From: Eledone cirrhosa
Lineage: Eukaryota
DNA length: 64,000 bases
Direction of reading: 5' to 3'
Assembly (NCBI GenBank): GCA_964016885.1
Contig: OZ024747.1
Coordinates: 86,118,001 to 86,182,000 of the forward strand
The notes beneath the pieces are model-generated. The model had not been told where the DNA came from. It ran no database searches and worked only from the letters and a program-made list of their open reading frames with translations. Numbering within the stretch: position 1 is the first letter of the stretch; each line of letters opens with the position of its first letter. The position numbers and the translations under genes are program-made. Positions 41,221 to 56,547 of this stretch are shown here, piece by piece.

Positions 41221-42714
41221 CAAAAACATTCAATGGATATATTGTCCTACCCGGTCATATTTAATTTTGTATTCTCTGAGATCAAGGATCTAGTATCCAG
41301 TTAGAATGTGATCTATCGACTCTGGATGCTTGTCACAAAAACGACAAAGTGGATTAACGTCTTCCCTGAGAACATAGGCCAGATAATTCTTTGTAGGCAA
41401 GCTTTGATTCTGTGTAGCGAGGATTAACTCCACTGTTTCAGTCTTTATTCCCAAGCTATGCAGCCACTGGTGGGTTTTACTTTGGGTACGTATTGAGTAG
41501 TTACAATGAAGAGGTTTCTTCCGCTACTTTACCTTTAATATGCCAAGTCCTTGTTTCTTGACTTTTTCTTTTATATTTGTTGCAGTTTTTGCTGCTGTTA
41601 GTTCCTGTGTCGGGATTTAGATTGCTAGATATCAATGTTTGCTCCAGCTTTAGACATATTGCACCTTTCGTACGGTTCTTCCAGTGTTAAGCAAACAAGC
41701 CTTCTATAGAGTCAGAATTCACCTCTATATCCAACATCTTCAAACAACCATTCAAACAAAGGCCAGTTACAACTGTAAGAACTGCAGACGATAACCAAAC
41801 GGAAGTCATATCTGTAAGGAGAACAGACATAAATGAAAGAAATTATAACTGTTGTATTTTCTTTTCAAATCAAGCTGACATTATCTTTAGGGAGAAACTT
41901 AAAAAGATTCCAGTCACGACGAAATTAATTAATTATATAGATATTTTCTTCGCGCCTCCATTTTAATTGTACCATCACGTGATGTGACAGTATTCTCACA
42001 TCAAACAGCGAACTCATCAGATTCCATGACTTTTCCTCACTCACAAAAAAATATTTACTTTTTAAGCTAATATTATTGGCTTCTTCGCTATATTTTCTTT
42101 TTGTTCTATCATTCTATTTGTTCTTTCTTCATTTTCTTCTTTTATCTTAACATTTGTAGGTGTGAAAGAGGTGTGATAGTGGTGGCGGTGGTGTAGGTGT
42201 TGTTGTAGTTATTATTGTTGTTGTTGGTGGTGGTGGTAAGTGCAGGGGTACTTAGGAGAACAGTGTTATTCCAAACTGAAAATATATATAGTTTTTAGTA
42301 AATCAATTTAATTTATTTTTCATCTATTGATGTAACTGTGTGTTTGTGTGTACGTTTGTGTACCACAGTATCTGTGCCAGTGACTCTGTGTGTGTGTGTC
42401 TGTGACTATGTGATATGTGTGTATATGCGTGTTTGTGTGTACGTGAATGACTCTGTGAGTGTGTATATGTGCGTGTTTATATGTATGTGATTGTATATGA
42501 TATGACTGTATGTATATGTAATTCTGTGCGTGAGACTGTGAAATTATGTTGGCATATTTATTGCATTCCTCTTTTTACACTTTTAGTGATTCCAGTCATT
42601 TTTGTGTATGTGTGTACATATGCGTGCGCATATGTGTGTACATATGCGTGCACATATGTGTGTACATATGCGTGCGCATATGTGTGTTTTGTGTGTGTGG
42701 GAGAGGAGGAAATA

Positions 42715-42960
42715 ATAGTGGAGACTTCTGGTGTTCTTGGTCCTAAGGCCACCTCCCTACTCACCACCATCGGCACAGAATTGACTACCCGTAGGTGTGA
42801 GCCTCGCAAAATGGAGTGTCTCTTCCAGCACATCTCCCTCATCCTCCTCCGGAGAAACGACTTCTCTATTCTGTCCGCCGGCGCGCGGGGTGGCCAGTAC
42901 GTGGGTCCTCATTTGCTCACAATAGTGAGAAATGGGATGAGCAAGAAAGACGATGGCAGC
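42715..42960 (+). mobile_element. CRE-like non-LTR retrotransposon C-terminal fragment
   Basis: VETSGVLGPKATSLLTTIGTEL...EPR...LFQHISLILLRRNDFSIL resembles the CRE pattern ET.G..G..A......G......PR...L.QR.S....RGNA.S.L. Confidence 0.65.
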
Positions 42961-42996
42961 GACAGTGGGAGTTTAGTTCTTTTGTGTTCGGACCTG

Positions 42997-43035
<39 letters not shown>

Positions 43036-43139
43036 CCGTAGTAAACAGTTGATGAAGGGCAAATTTTCTTATCTTGTTTACGTCCCTATTACCTTCTTAC
43101 ACTTTGTTTTCAGTAACCACACACAGCCTGCCTCTTTAC

Positions 43140-43217
<78 letters not shown>

Positions 43218-43790
43218 CTCAGACACACGCACTATGTAGCTTATTTAAATATTCATGTTTTGACATTAAGTAATTTAAGCAGCTATATTAGCGCTTTTCG
43301 TCCTTCGTGAGGATAATTCATGTTCGATTGATTTTCCCACGATCCAATTGTGACGTATTGACGAATCTATTGGCCTGTTGTGACAGATCTATTGTCACAT
43401 GGTGACGATACTTCAACTAAACACTCATTCCAATTATATCTCTATTAATAGCTGTTTGATGTGTTCTACCTATATTTCTTTCACCCCGATCTTCTGAATC
43501 GTATCACTGTAATTTGATGAATATATCAATCTAACTTCCTGTCAAAATGTTGAAACTTCTCTTTGATTCCTCACCCTCTGACAGTACTCCCTACCATGGA
43601 GCCCTTCTCTCATCTAAAGCAATGCAGTTTTAGTCGTAATTTTCTCAATTTCAGATGAAAGGCCAAATACATTTTTTTTTATTTTCAAGACTTTATATGA
43701 ATCTTCGTGTTCCCAGCGTCCTATAATATAATTATCTGGTCTTCAACCTATCCTGGCTGTTCCTAGTTCTTTGTCTGTCTATATAGCCAT

Positions 43791-43870
<80 letters not shown>

Positions 43871-43896
43871 CTCTTGTGTGTGTGTGTGTGTATATA

Positions 43897-43935
<39 letters not shown>

Positions 43936-43953
43936 ATATATATATATCTAATG

Positions 43954-44230
43954 TGGAGGCACGTGCCCTAGTGGTAAGAGTGTTGGACTTACGATCATAA
44001 TGTCGTGGGTTCGATTCCTGGGCTGCGTGTTGTGTTCTTGAGCAAAACACTTCATTTCACGTTGCTCCAGTATACTCAGCTGAAAATGAGTACCAGCGAT
44101 AGCTGGAGGTTTAACCCTGCGATGGACTGGCGTCCTGTCCAGGGCGGAGTCTTGTACTCTCAGTCGCTCCACGCCATGAAACTGGGATAAGTTCCGGCCA
44201 AATGAGCCTTCTGGCTTAAGACAGACTTAA
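43954..44230 (+). mobile_element. Full-length tRNA-derived CORE-like SINE
   Basis: A box tgccctagtgg, B box ggttcgattcc, CORE-like tgtgttcttgagcaaaacacttcatttcac...ctcagctgaaaatgagtacc, tail aaccctgcgatggactggcgtcctgtccaggg. Confidence 0.82.
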
Positions 44231-44255
44231 GATATATATATATGTATGTATATAT

Positions 44256-44961
<706 letters not shown>

Positions 44962-44965
44962 ATAT

Positions 44966-44996
<31 letters not shown>

Positions 44997-45013
44997 TATA
45001 TGTATATACACAC

Positions 45014-45120
<107 letters not shown>

Positions 45121-45204
45121 GAAAAATTGAACAGGGACAGAACAGAGAGGCAGTACAATAAATGTTTATTAAATTCACGCTCAGGAGAGTGGGGGGTAGG
45201 TGGG

Positions 45205-45240
45205 AGACGACGTTTCGGGCATAAGCCCTTCTTCGGGTGA
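45205..45240 (-). ncRNA. Minimal hammerhead variant (CCGAAGA core)
   Basis: Minus strand ac-CCGAAGA-agggc ttat gccc-GAAA-cg-TC-gt; palindromic ACGT helix III; helix I only 2 bp. Confidence 0.55.
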
Positions 45241-45597
45241 GAAGTGTGTGGGAACAGAGTTCAAAAGGTGTGTAGGGGAGATATATATATATATTTGTAT
45301 AAATGTATGCACACCCAAGAAATGCACACCATCTTCATCACCTATGACACATCTGGACTCTGCACCTCAGTCTCCTCACCCGACCCTTTAAACAAATTTT
45401 TTTCCAAACTACAATGTTCCAGCCCCCCCCCCCTCTCTCTCTCCCTCAGTCTTTCTCTTTCTCTCTCTGAACTCTACATTGCCCGAGGAAGGACTTATAC
45501 ATATATATATAGCATCACTTAGCTCTAACACTGGCTCTTTCTCTTGACACACGAAATTTCATGGTAATTTTTTTAAAGCAATGAAAAGCAATGCAAT

Positions 45598-46371
45598 GGT
45601 TGTAGTGGTGGTGGTGGTGTTGGCAGTGGTGGTGGTGGTGGTGTTGACAGTGGTGGTGGTTTTGGTGGTGGTGGTGGTGGTGGTGGTGGTGGTGGTTGTG
45701 GTGGTGGTGGCAGTGGTGGTGGTGGTGGTGGTAGTGCTGGTGGGGTGGGTAGTTGTGTTGGTACTGGTGGTGGTGGTAGCAGTGTTGGTGGTGGTTGTGG
45801 TGGTGTTGGCAGTGGTGGTAGTGGTGGTGGTGGTGTTGGTGGTGGTGGTTGTGGTGGTGGTTTTGGTGGTGGTGTTGGCAGTGGTGGTGGTGGTGGTGGT
45901 GGTGTTGGTGGTGGTGGTTGTGGTGGTGGTTTTGGTGGTGGTGGTGGCAGTGGTGGTGGTTTTGGTGGTGGTGGGGTGGGGGCAGTTGTGTTGGTACTGG
46001 TGGTGGTGGTAGTAGTGTTGGTGGTAGTGGTGGTGGTGGCAGTGGTGTTGGCAGTGGTGGTGGCGGTGGTGGTAGTGGGGGTGTGGTGGGGGCAGTGGTG
46101 GCGGTGGTGGTAGTGGGGGTGTGGTGGGGGCAGTTGTGTTGGTACTGGTGGTGGTGGTAGTAGTAGTGGTGGTGGTGGTGTGGTAGTAGTAGTGTTGGTG
46201 GTGGTGGTGGTGGTGGTGGTGGTGGTATTGAAAGGGAACAGGGTAGAAGGTGGGGGATACTGAAGGTGATGATGGCAATGATTGTGGTGATGGTGGTGAC
46301 AGTGCTGCTGCAGTTGATGTCTTTGCAGTCTCTGTACCTGTTGTTCTCATTTTTACCACCAACACCACCAT

Positions 46372-46440
<69 letters not shown>

Positions 46441-46446
46441 CAGCAA

Positions 46447-46488
<42 letters not shown>

Positions 46489-46497
46489 CAGCAGCAA

Positions 46498-46539
<42 letters not shown>

Positions 46540-46605
46540 CAGCAGCAGCAGCAATAGTAGTAGTTGTAGTAGTAGTAGTAGTAGTAGTAGTAGCAGCAGC
46601 AGCAA

Positions 46606-46637
<32 letters not shown>

Positions 46638-46682
46638 GTAGTAGCAGCAGCAGCAATAGTAGTAGTAGTAGTAGTAGTAGTT

Positions 46683-46733
<51 letters not shown>

Positions 46734-46750
46734 CACTACTAGTAGTAGTA
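45598..46750. repeat. (GGT)n degenerate tract followed by (TAG/CAG)n tract
   Basis: Direct inspection. Confidence 0.92.
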
Positions 46751-46895
46751 GTAGGTCTGTTTCCCAGGCTTGACTCAGCAGAAACTGATCAGATGTTTTT
46801 TGTTAGTCACGAACCAATAAACCTTACACACTGTTTATAACAATAGAACTACATACATACATACATACATACATACATACATACACATGCCCTTG

Positions 46896-46953
<58 letters not shown>

Positions 46954-46981
46954 CATATATATATATGTACAAGGATCGGAA

Positions 46982-47013
<32 letters not shown>

Positions 47014-47385
47014 CGTATACATGCAGAAATGCATACGTACGTGCAAACATAATAGCTGAAATAAAGTTTGACATGTATGTGTGTGTGTGTGTGTTATGTG
47101 AGTATATGTGTGTGTATGCGTGTCTGATTTTTGTGTGTATGTGTGTGTGCTATTGTTATCCAATTTCTGGAGACACGACAGACAAACGCTTGTGCAAATA
47201 GCTGATATTGTGAAAGAACAGCAAACATTTTCAATGGAGAGTAATGATAAGACCACCAGATGTGAGAGATGCAGAGCTAAACATCAGCTGGTGTGAGTGT
47301 ATGTAGGCAGGTGTAGGGACGGTTAACACACATACACACACACATATATATATATATATACACACTTACAATATATATGTATATT

Positions 47386-47439
<54 letters not shown>

Positions 47440-47443
<4 letters not shown>

Positions 47444-47630
47444 AACGAGTAGGACCTCGACGGCTGAGCTCAAGCCGTTTCGACGGCTAATTTTGGACAG
47501 CATTAGCCGTCGAAACGGCTTGAGCTCAGATGTCGGGGTCCTACTCGTTCCTATTACCCACTCTACTACCCTAAGTATTGAGTACTTTGGTGCGTTATGG
47601 TCCACCTGGTTCCTTACCACATTTCCTTCG

Positions 47631-47633
<3 letters not shown>
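47440..47633 (+). mobile_element. Family E fold-back element with tail
   Basis: aggaacgagtagg...cggctaat / attagccg...cctactcgttcct plus about 80 bp tail; (TA)n on both sides. Confidence 0.78.
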
Positions 47634-47729
<96 letters not shown>

Positions 47730-47786
47730 AACAAACAAACAAAAACGCACACATGTATATATACAGAGAGAGAAATATATAGAGAG

Positions 47787-47829
<43 letters not shown>

Positions 47830-47878
47830 GAGAGAGATAGAGACAGAGACAGAGAGAGAGAGTGAGAGAGAGAGTGAG

Positions 47879-47955
<77 letters not shown>

Positions 47956-48319
47956 GAGAGATGTGTATACCAACTCTGGCATTAGTTATGTACATGTATC
48001 TTGGTTGTCTGCTACTGGAGTCATCCTTATGAGCGTGTGTCCTGGAATAGAATACACTTCCGTTGATTTAGATGATCGGAACAGCGATGTCGGAAAATTA
48101 GCTTTTGAAGTATCAAAGTATCCTGCATGTCTCACTACATGACAATGCTTCCAAACAGTTTCCATTTACCTAATTTCATCCACAAGATTTGAGTCCACCC
48201 GATATTATAGTAAAAGATATTTGCCTATAAATGGAACCCTAGAAGTTCTTAACCATTCGGCGACCCTCTAAACTAGGGGTCTTCACTGACCAAGGAAATA
48301 TAGAAGGAACAATGAAAAT

Positions 48320-48501
48320 AATTGTTTCTACTTTTGACACAAGGCCATCAATTACCCCAGTGCATAACTGGTACTCTATTTCATCGACCCCGTAAGGATG
48401 AAAGGCAAAGCTAACCTCGGCGGGATTTGAACTCAGAACGTAGAGGGCCGTAACTCTATGCTATAAAGCATGCTGTCTGACCCTCTACCGATACTGTCAA
48501 T
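48320..48501 (-). mobile_element. tRNA-derived SINE, family A
   Basis: Reverse complement of family A. Confidence 0.85.
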
Positions 48502-48577
48502 TATAAGACTGTAATGAAAGAGAAACAGGCTGACATTTTCACATAGGAACCTTAAATTATACATAGAATACGCACAA

Positions 48578-48611
<34 letters not shown>

Positions 48612-48617
<6 letters not shown>

Positions 48618-48865
48618 GAGTTAAACAAGATTCAATGAGTATATCAAAGAATGAGTTTTACAGTAGATTGGAAGCACTCTACGAGAAAATAATTTTCCAG
48701 AGTTATTAATATTAAAATACAAATATTAATAAAATAGATGTTGTTTTGATCAATTACATTTTATTATACATATTTCGGAGGTACAACCGTACGTCCTCAT
48801 CAGACAAAATATAATGATACATGACATACCCTGAGATGTTAAATGGTTAAGATTTAATTAAGGTA

Positions 48866-48868
<3 letters not shown>
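48612..48868 (-). mobile_element. Family J PLE-like terminus with hammerhead at 48759-48809
   Basis: Reverse complement aligns with about 10520-10660; ttttgt-CTGATGA-ggacgtacggttgtacctcc-GAAA-tatgta-TA-ataaaa. Confidence 0.72.
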
Positions 48869-48939
<71 letters not shown>

Positions 48940-48944
48940 TAAAA

Positions 48945-49233
48945 AAACCGAAAAAATCAGTGATGCATCTGGACTCAGTTTATTGCGTGTTACAATTGTT
49001 TTGTCGGCAGGTAGCTCGAGGCATGATCACTGCATGGATCTGGCTGATTCTACGGCTGCAGGTTCCTTCGGACACGGGTAGTTCGTTCGGAGAAAATTGA
49101 ACAATTGTAACACGCAATAAACTGAGTCCAGATGCATCACTGATTTTTCGTTTTTTTATACTATCCACACTCTGCTCTGTATAAATATTGAGTGCTAATT
49201 TTGGCATACCGTCTATGGAAGCAACATAGCTAC
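48945..49233. mobile_element. Family G fold-back element (second subfamily)
   Basis: 48945-48999 reverse complementary to about 49100-49157; minus-strand hammerhead remnant 48986-49076; tail matches 28145-28220. Confidence 0.72.
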
Positions 49234-49249
49234 CATTATACACACGTAT

Positions 49250-49303
<54 letters not shown>

Positions 49304-49468
49304 ATGTGGGTGAGTGAATGTATATGAGTGTATATATATGTATGTGTGTGTATGTATGTAGACCTTTTGGTACGGCTGCACCGAAGAATCTGCTGCTCTA
49401 AGTCTTGGTGACTGTTTATGTACGGAAGCTGTCTAATAGAACAGCTGGTATATAGACACGGTCTACTG

Positions 49469-49789
<321 letters not shown>

Positions 49790-49790
49790 C

Positions 49791-50575
<785 letters not shown>

Positions 50576-50861
50576 CACATCTGTATATGTGTCTCGTCAG
50601 TTGGTAGTTCGACAAAAAAAATCGATAAAATAAGTACTAGACTTGAAAAAAGTTATGATCGTCATCAAGTCCTCTAAAGTGGCGCCCCGGCATGGTGAAA
50701 CAGTTGAACGACTGAGCCCCGTAAAAGAGTATAACAGTCTTGAAATAGCCGAATTTTGGTGGTAAAATATAAAGTAGTAATGTCTCTAGTGAAGATAAAA
50801 CCAACAACGGATAGAAATCGATTTATTATTGGGGTATCTAGGGGTGGTGGGCTGACAGTAT

Positions 50862-51033
50862 CGGTAGAGCGTCAGACACCATGCTTTGTAGCATAGAGTT
50901 ATGGCCCTTTACGTTGTGAGTCCAAATCCCACCGAAGTTAACTTTGCCTTTCATCCTTACGTGGTCGATAAAATAAAGTACCAGTAATGCACTGTGGTAA
51001 TTACTGGCCTTGTGCCAAAAGTAGAAACAATTA
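50862..51033 (+). mobile_element. tRNA-derived SINE, family A
   Basis: Family A head, body and 3' end. Confidence 0.85.
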
Positions 51034-51619
51034 TTGGGGGATCTTCATTCGTTTCAATTGTTCGTGTTTCTTCACTGGACAACATAATCTTCAGATTACA
51101 GTCGCTGATGTGTTTTACGTCTCTCTACAACAGGAAACTACTAACAGATGAAAAGAGATTTAATATACCGTGTATAGTCATGTGTTTCATGTTATCACTC
51201 ATCCATGTCCAACGAAGAATAAAGGGATTCGTCTGTGAAATATTAAATTTTTCTTGTTTTCGTGACGCACTAATTTACTTCGCTTTTAAAAAGATTATGT
51301 TTTTGTTGTTGTAATTTTGTTTTTGTTCTTTTTTTTAACAAGTTAACACTTGCCGACACTAACTGCGACACACCACCGCACCATTGCTCCACCAGATCCC
51401 CAAACCATCATACCACCAAACCAACACACAACCAGACAATCACACCACCCTACCATATCACCAGATTATTAGATTGCCATATTGCCATACTAAAGACAAC
51501 CATACTATCATAATACCATATCACCATACCAACAGACCAGCAGGTGACCAGTAAATCACACTACCACACCACCAGATTACCGTACTGCCATCCTACTATA
51601 GTACCACACCACTATACTA

Positions 51620-52810
51620 CCAGATCACCAGATCACCAAATAACCAGATCACCAGATCACCAAATCATCAGATCACCAGATCACCAAATCACCAAATCAC
51701 CAGATCACCTGATCACGAGATCACAAGATCACCAGATCCCCAGACCACCAGATCACCAGACCACCAGATCACCAGACCACCAGGTCACCAGATCACCAGA
51801 TCACCAGATCACCTGATCACTTGACCAACAGAGCGACTCTAGTCCCCTCCAATACTAAAACATTAGAAAAAAAAGAAAGAGGCGTGACACCACTACCACC
51901 ACCACCACCACATCACCACCACTACCACCACCACTACCACCACCACTACCACCACCACCACCACTACCTCCACTACCACTACCACTATTACCACTACCAC
52001 CATCACCACTACCACCACCACCACTACCTCCACTACCACTACCACTATTACCACTACCACCATCACCACTACCACCACCACCACTACCTCCACTACCACT
52101 ACCACTATTACCACTACCACCATCACCACCACCACCACTACCACCACCACCACTACCTCCACTACCACTACCACTATTACCACTATCACCATCACCACCA
52201 CTACCACCACCACCACCACCACCACTACCATATCACCACCTCTACCACCACCACTACCACCACCTCCACTACCACTACCATCACCACCACCACCACCACT
52301 ACCACCACCACTACCATTAAGAATTGAAGTAGATTAGAAATCCAACATTGTGTCATGGAAATCATACACGACGTTGACACACTCTCTCAATCTACCACAC
52401 CCCCTTCTACCTTATACTCCACCCCATGTACGTCTCACACACCCCACATCTCACACAACTTACACACACCACACATCTCAACAACACTACCACAAATACC
52501 ACCAACACCACCACCACCAACACCAACACCAGTACCACCACCACCGCCACCACAACAACCACCGCCACCACCACCACTACTGCCGCCATCACCACCACCG
52601 CCACCACAACCACCACCACATCCACATCGCCACAGCTCTAACACCACCATCAACACCACCACCACTACCACCACCACCGCCACCACAACCACCGCCGCCA
52701 CCACCACCACTACTGCCGCCATCACCACCACCGCCACCACAACCACCACCACATCCACATCGCCACAGCCCTAACATCACCACCAACACCACCAACATCA
52801 CCACCACCAC
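51620..52810. repeat. (CACCAGAT)n 8-mer array, (CAC/TAC)n tract with 60 bp higher-order repeat, and (CAC)n tract with about 129 bp duplication
   Basis: Lines 51961, 52021 and 52081 repeat in register at 60 bp. Confidence 0.88.
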
Positions 52811-53589
52811 CTAATCCAGTCACCCAATCCTCACACCGCCACCAAATCCCAGCATACACCCCCATCCCCACATCACCACCAGGCCCCATCACACACCCTA
52901 ACCCTCATCACCAAACCCCCACAATGCACTCCATCAGGTGCCCCCCCCCCCCCCCCCCCCCCACATATCCTCACACCCCTTCAAATGAAATGTCTTCTTC
53001 CTGCTGTGAAATAAGATGTTAACCAGTTTTTTTATGTAGCACCTCCATTGCCATATACACATACACATATACACACATACACATACACACATACACATAC
53101 ACACAGACACGCATACACATTCACACATACATACATATACATAAATACACACATCTCCACAACCATAAACACATGTATATTGTTACAATAATACATATAT
53201 ACATACATATATATATTGTTACAACACATACATACATACATACATACATACATACATACATACATACATACATACGTACGTACCCCACATACACACATAC
53301 GTACATACATACATTCACATACAAACAAATACACATAGATGATGTAGGAATGACGTAAATGTTGATAGAGGGGAAGGGAGAATGGCACTCTCACACACAC
53401 ACACACACACACATACACACACACATACACACATATACACACGCACACACACAGATAGACAGAGTCGCATAGAGAGGAGCACACATGAAGTGAGACCCAT
53501 ATATATATATTTATAGATAGATATCTTTATATTTATAGATAGGGTAGATAGATAGATAGGCAAATATACAGACAGACATATAGACAGAT

Positions 53590-56367
53590 ATGTTTCTTTT
53601 ATTTGCCACAAGGGCATCAAAAGTGGGACAAGTACAATGGGGGAGTTTACAAAACAAGGCGTCCTCAATAGGGAGGAGGCAATAACAATATATAAAATAA
53701 AATAAAATATAACAAAAAATAGAATTATAACAAAATCCTCAATAGAGGATTTTGTTATAAAATATAACAAAAATAAAATTTATAACAAAATCCTCAATAG
53801 AGAGGAGGCGCCTTGGGGGGTCGCACACACCCCCGAAAAAAGTGTGCAACCCTTTTCCTCAGGAGCACAGAGAGGGGGTGCTCCCTCGTTCCTTCCTCTT
53901 TTCCACCTACAGGCTCATGTAAAGAGAAGGCCCATTCACACGGGCCATTCTCGCCACTTTCACCCACCTTTCATAAAAACGACTGGGGTGCAGCACCTCT
54001 CTCTCCATCCTGAATCCTTCTTCCGAAATGATATCGGAAGAAACGGACCAGTTGTTGGCCAGAGAGAAAGGTGCCTGACCTCAGTCCTTTCAGACGCGTC
54101 CACCATACAACCTCTTTCGCCATGGCTATTACGCACAGAAACGCCGCCTCTGCTTCATCTTTGAAGGGGGGAGGCGGCTTGATCATTACAATAGACTCGG
54201 TGGTCAACCGGATCGGTCCCACCCTTGACAGCAGTTGTTCGACATAGCCCCACAGATCGGCTACGCCCGAGCAGTGTACCAATGCGTGTGCAACGGTTTC
54301 CTCGTCGCACACGCATCTGGGACAGATCTTTTTGGCGGGGTCCCTACCCGGGCGCCCGTGTCTGTAGAGCCTTTCTCGAACGGGTAAAGCTCCTCGGTAG
54401 CACTGCCAGGCCAGGGACTTCTGGAAGTTGTCCATAGGTCCCGGGCTGAATGTCCTACCGAACAGGCTGGCCAGTTCGTCCTCCTCCATGTCTAGGGCTT
54501 CTCCGAGGGCGTCGTCGCACCTGCTGCGTACCAGCCCTCTATAGAATGTTGCGGTGGAGTCTCCACTGATAACCGGATCCGTCTGCCAGAGGGCGGTGAG
54601 CGCCTGGGCACACTCAGTGTGCCAGGCGCCCAGTTTTCTCGGTCTTTGCTTGACCCAGGATTGCAGCTCGGTGAGTGAGACGAGTCTGGGAAAGGTTCGT
54701 CTCACAAACGAGGCCCACACCGGTTGTCCGGTGAGGAATACGTAGAGGTGCCGTAGCCTTAATGCGTGTTTACGCATCATTAGCCACGGCATCCCCAGCC
54801 CTCCTTTCGAAGGGTGTTGACAGCAGATGGATCTCCTCACCATAGGATCCCGCCTCTTCCAAAGGAATTGGAAGAGCGCGCGCTCCATCTTGGTGAGGGT
54901 TTCCCTTGGGCAGGGCACTACGGTCAGGCGGTAGTAGATGACGGACGCTATGTAGGTGTTCGCCACCTCCGCCCGACCTTTCAGGGATAGTTTGCAACTG
55001 GCCCACTTCTGGGTCAGTGCAAACACCCTGTTCGTAACCTCCGCCCAGTTTTTCTCCACCTGGAGGTCCGGTCCGAACCAGACCCCGAGCAACTTCACCG
55101 GGCCCTCCGTCCAGCGTCCGACGACGCCATCGGAGGGCATCGGTCTGCCCCTCCACGTGCCGGGTTGCAAACCGATCGACTTGTCCCGGTTCAGCTTAGC
55201 CCCTGTGAGCTTTTCGTACTCCTCCAGTAAGGTGCCGACCGCCTCGATTTCGGAGGCCGTCGACACCATTACTGTCACGTCATCGGCGTAGGCCGACACC
55301 GCTTTCCGCAATCCCGGTTCCAAAGGGATGCCCTGCAACAAGTCCAACTTCCGCAGTAGTGGCTCGAGAGTCAACACATACAGAAGGGAGGAGAGAGGGC
55401 ACCCTTGTCGGATGGACCGCGCGATTTTGAACGGCTCCGAGAGGTAGCCGTTCACCTTGACCCTAGAGCAGATGCGGCTGCTGTGCATAGCAGTGATCCA
55501 GCCCCTGAAAACGGGTCCGAAGCCTGCCGCCGCTAGCACCGCATCCAGGTAACCATGGTCGACCCTATCGAACGCCTTAGATTGATCCAAGTTGATCAGA
55601 GCCCCACTAAAGCCGGGTTCGTTCCCAACCCTCTCTATGATGTATCGCATGAGGTGGAGGTTGTCATGGATGGACCTGGACGGGATAGCGCATGTCTGCG
55701 CATCTCCCACCAGGTTGCCCACGACAAGCGCCAACCTCTTTGCTAGCACCTTGGCCAAAATCTGTGACTCTGTATTTAGCAGAGTTATGGGCCTGAAGTT
55801 ACTTATTTCGTCCCCCTTGTTCTCGTCCTTCCTCACTAGCGTGACTACGCCCTTGGTCACAGTACAGGGAATTCTCCCGTTCTGTTGCCAGTTGCAGTAG
55901 ACCGCCTCGAGGAGATCGGGGAACAAGTCCGGCATAGCTAGATATAATTCGTAAGGAAGACCATCGAGACCCGGGGATTTGCGTTTGCCGCATTGGCTCA
56001 GCACGTCCTCTATCTCAGAGGCCGAAATCGGCTCCTCGCAGGACTTCGCCTCCCTGTCCGAGAGGCGCGGCAGGCCGTCGAGGTATGGACCGAAGTCCAC
56101 GTTCCCAACCGGTTCCCCGCCCCTCCCGAACAGTCGGGCAAAGTGCCTTTGAAAGGCCTCACACATCTGCTTAGGCTCAAGAATCGCCCGTCCATCCAGG
56201 TCTCGCAAAGACCGGATGGTGGATTTAGTTCCACTGTTGGCCTCTGTCACGCGGGCCCAGCTAACAGCTTTGGTCCCCTCGTTCCCTAGAGCACGTATTT
56301 TACTTCGGACAACGCAGCCTTCGTGCTTCGCGTCGAAAAACTGGCTCAAAGCCGTTCTCGACGCTAG
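53590..56367 (-). mobile_element. 5'-truncated Tx1/L1-clade non-LTR retrotransposon in a GATA-type tract
   Basis: RT ORF plus 3' UTR ending gcccttgtggcaaataaaagaaac; GATA/GACA repeats on both sides. Confidence 0.92.
53971..56349 (-). CDS. Reverse transcriptase ORF2 (Tx1/L1 clade), N-terminally truncated, no endonuclease domain; probable frameshift near 54010 with true stop at 53907
   Basis: KSPGLDGLP, FRPITLLN, LDQSKAFDRVDH, IRQGCPLS, YADD, KLLGV, CPRC...ETVAHALVHC; shifted frame continues MEREVLHPSRFYERWVKVARM...SL-stop. Confidence 0.93.
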   Translation of the reverse strand: MSQFFDAKHEGCVVRSKIRALGNEGTKAVSWARVTEANSGTKSTIRSLRDLDGRAILEPKQMCEAFQRHFARLFGRGGEPVGNVDFGPYLDGLPRLSDREAKSCEEPISASEIEDVLSQCGKRKSPGLDGLPYELYLAMPDLFPDLLEAVYCNWQQNGRIPCTVTKGVVTLVRKDENKGDEISNFRPITLLNTESQILAKVLAKRLALVVGNLVGDAQTCAIPSRSIHDNLHLMRYIIERVGNEPGFSGALINLDQSKAFDRVDHGYLDAVLAAAGFGPVFRGWITAMHSSRICSRVKVNGYLSEPFKIARSIRQGCPLSSLLYVLTLEPLLRKLDLLQGIPLEPGLRKAVSAYADDVTVMVSTASEIEAVGTLLEEYEKLTGAKLNRDKSIGLQPGTWRGRPMPSDGVVGRWTEGPVKLLGVWFGPDLQVEKNWAEVTNRVFALTQKWASCKLSLKGRAEVANTYIASVIYYRLTVVPCPRETLTKMERALFQFLWKRRDPMVRRSICCQHPSKGGLGMPWLMMRKHALRLRHLYVFLTGQPVWASFVRRTFPRLVSLTELQSWVKQRPRKLGAWHTECAQALTALWQTDPVISGDSTATFYRGLVRSRCDDALGEALDMEEDELASLFGRTFSPGPMDNFQKSLAWQCYRGALPVRERLYRHGRPGRDPAKKICPRCVCDEETVAHALVHCSGVADLWGYVEQLLSRVGPIRLTTESIVMIKPPPPFKDEAEAAFLCVIAMAKEVVWWTRLKGLRSGTFLSGQQLVRFFRYHFGRRIQDGERGAAPQSFL

Positions 56368-56429
56368 ACATATAGATAGACAGATAAATAGACAGACATA
56401 TAGATAGATAGATAGACATATAGATATAT

Positions 56430-56482
56430 TTCTTTATTAGCCACAGGGGCACAAAAGAAGGGGACAAATACAAGATAGACAT

Positions 56483-56547
<65 letters not shown>

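Noticed and set aside
43954-44025. tRNA gene (also SINE family A heads)
   Set aside because: A/B boxes continue into a SINE body; no complete cloverleaf or terminator
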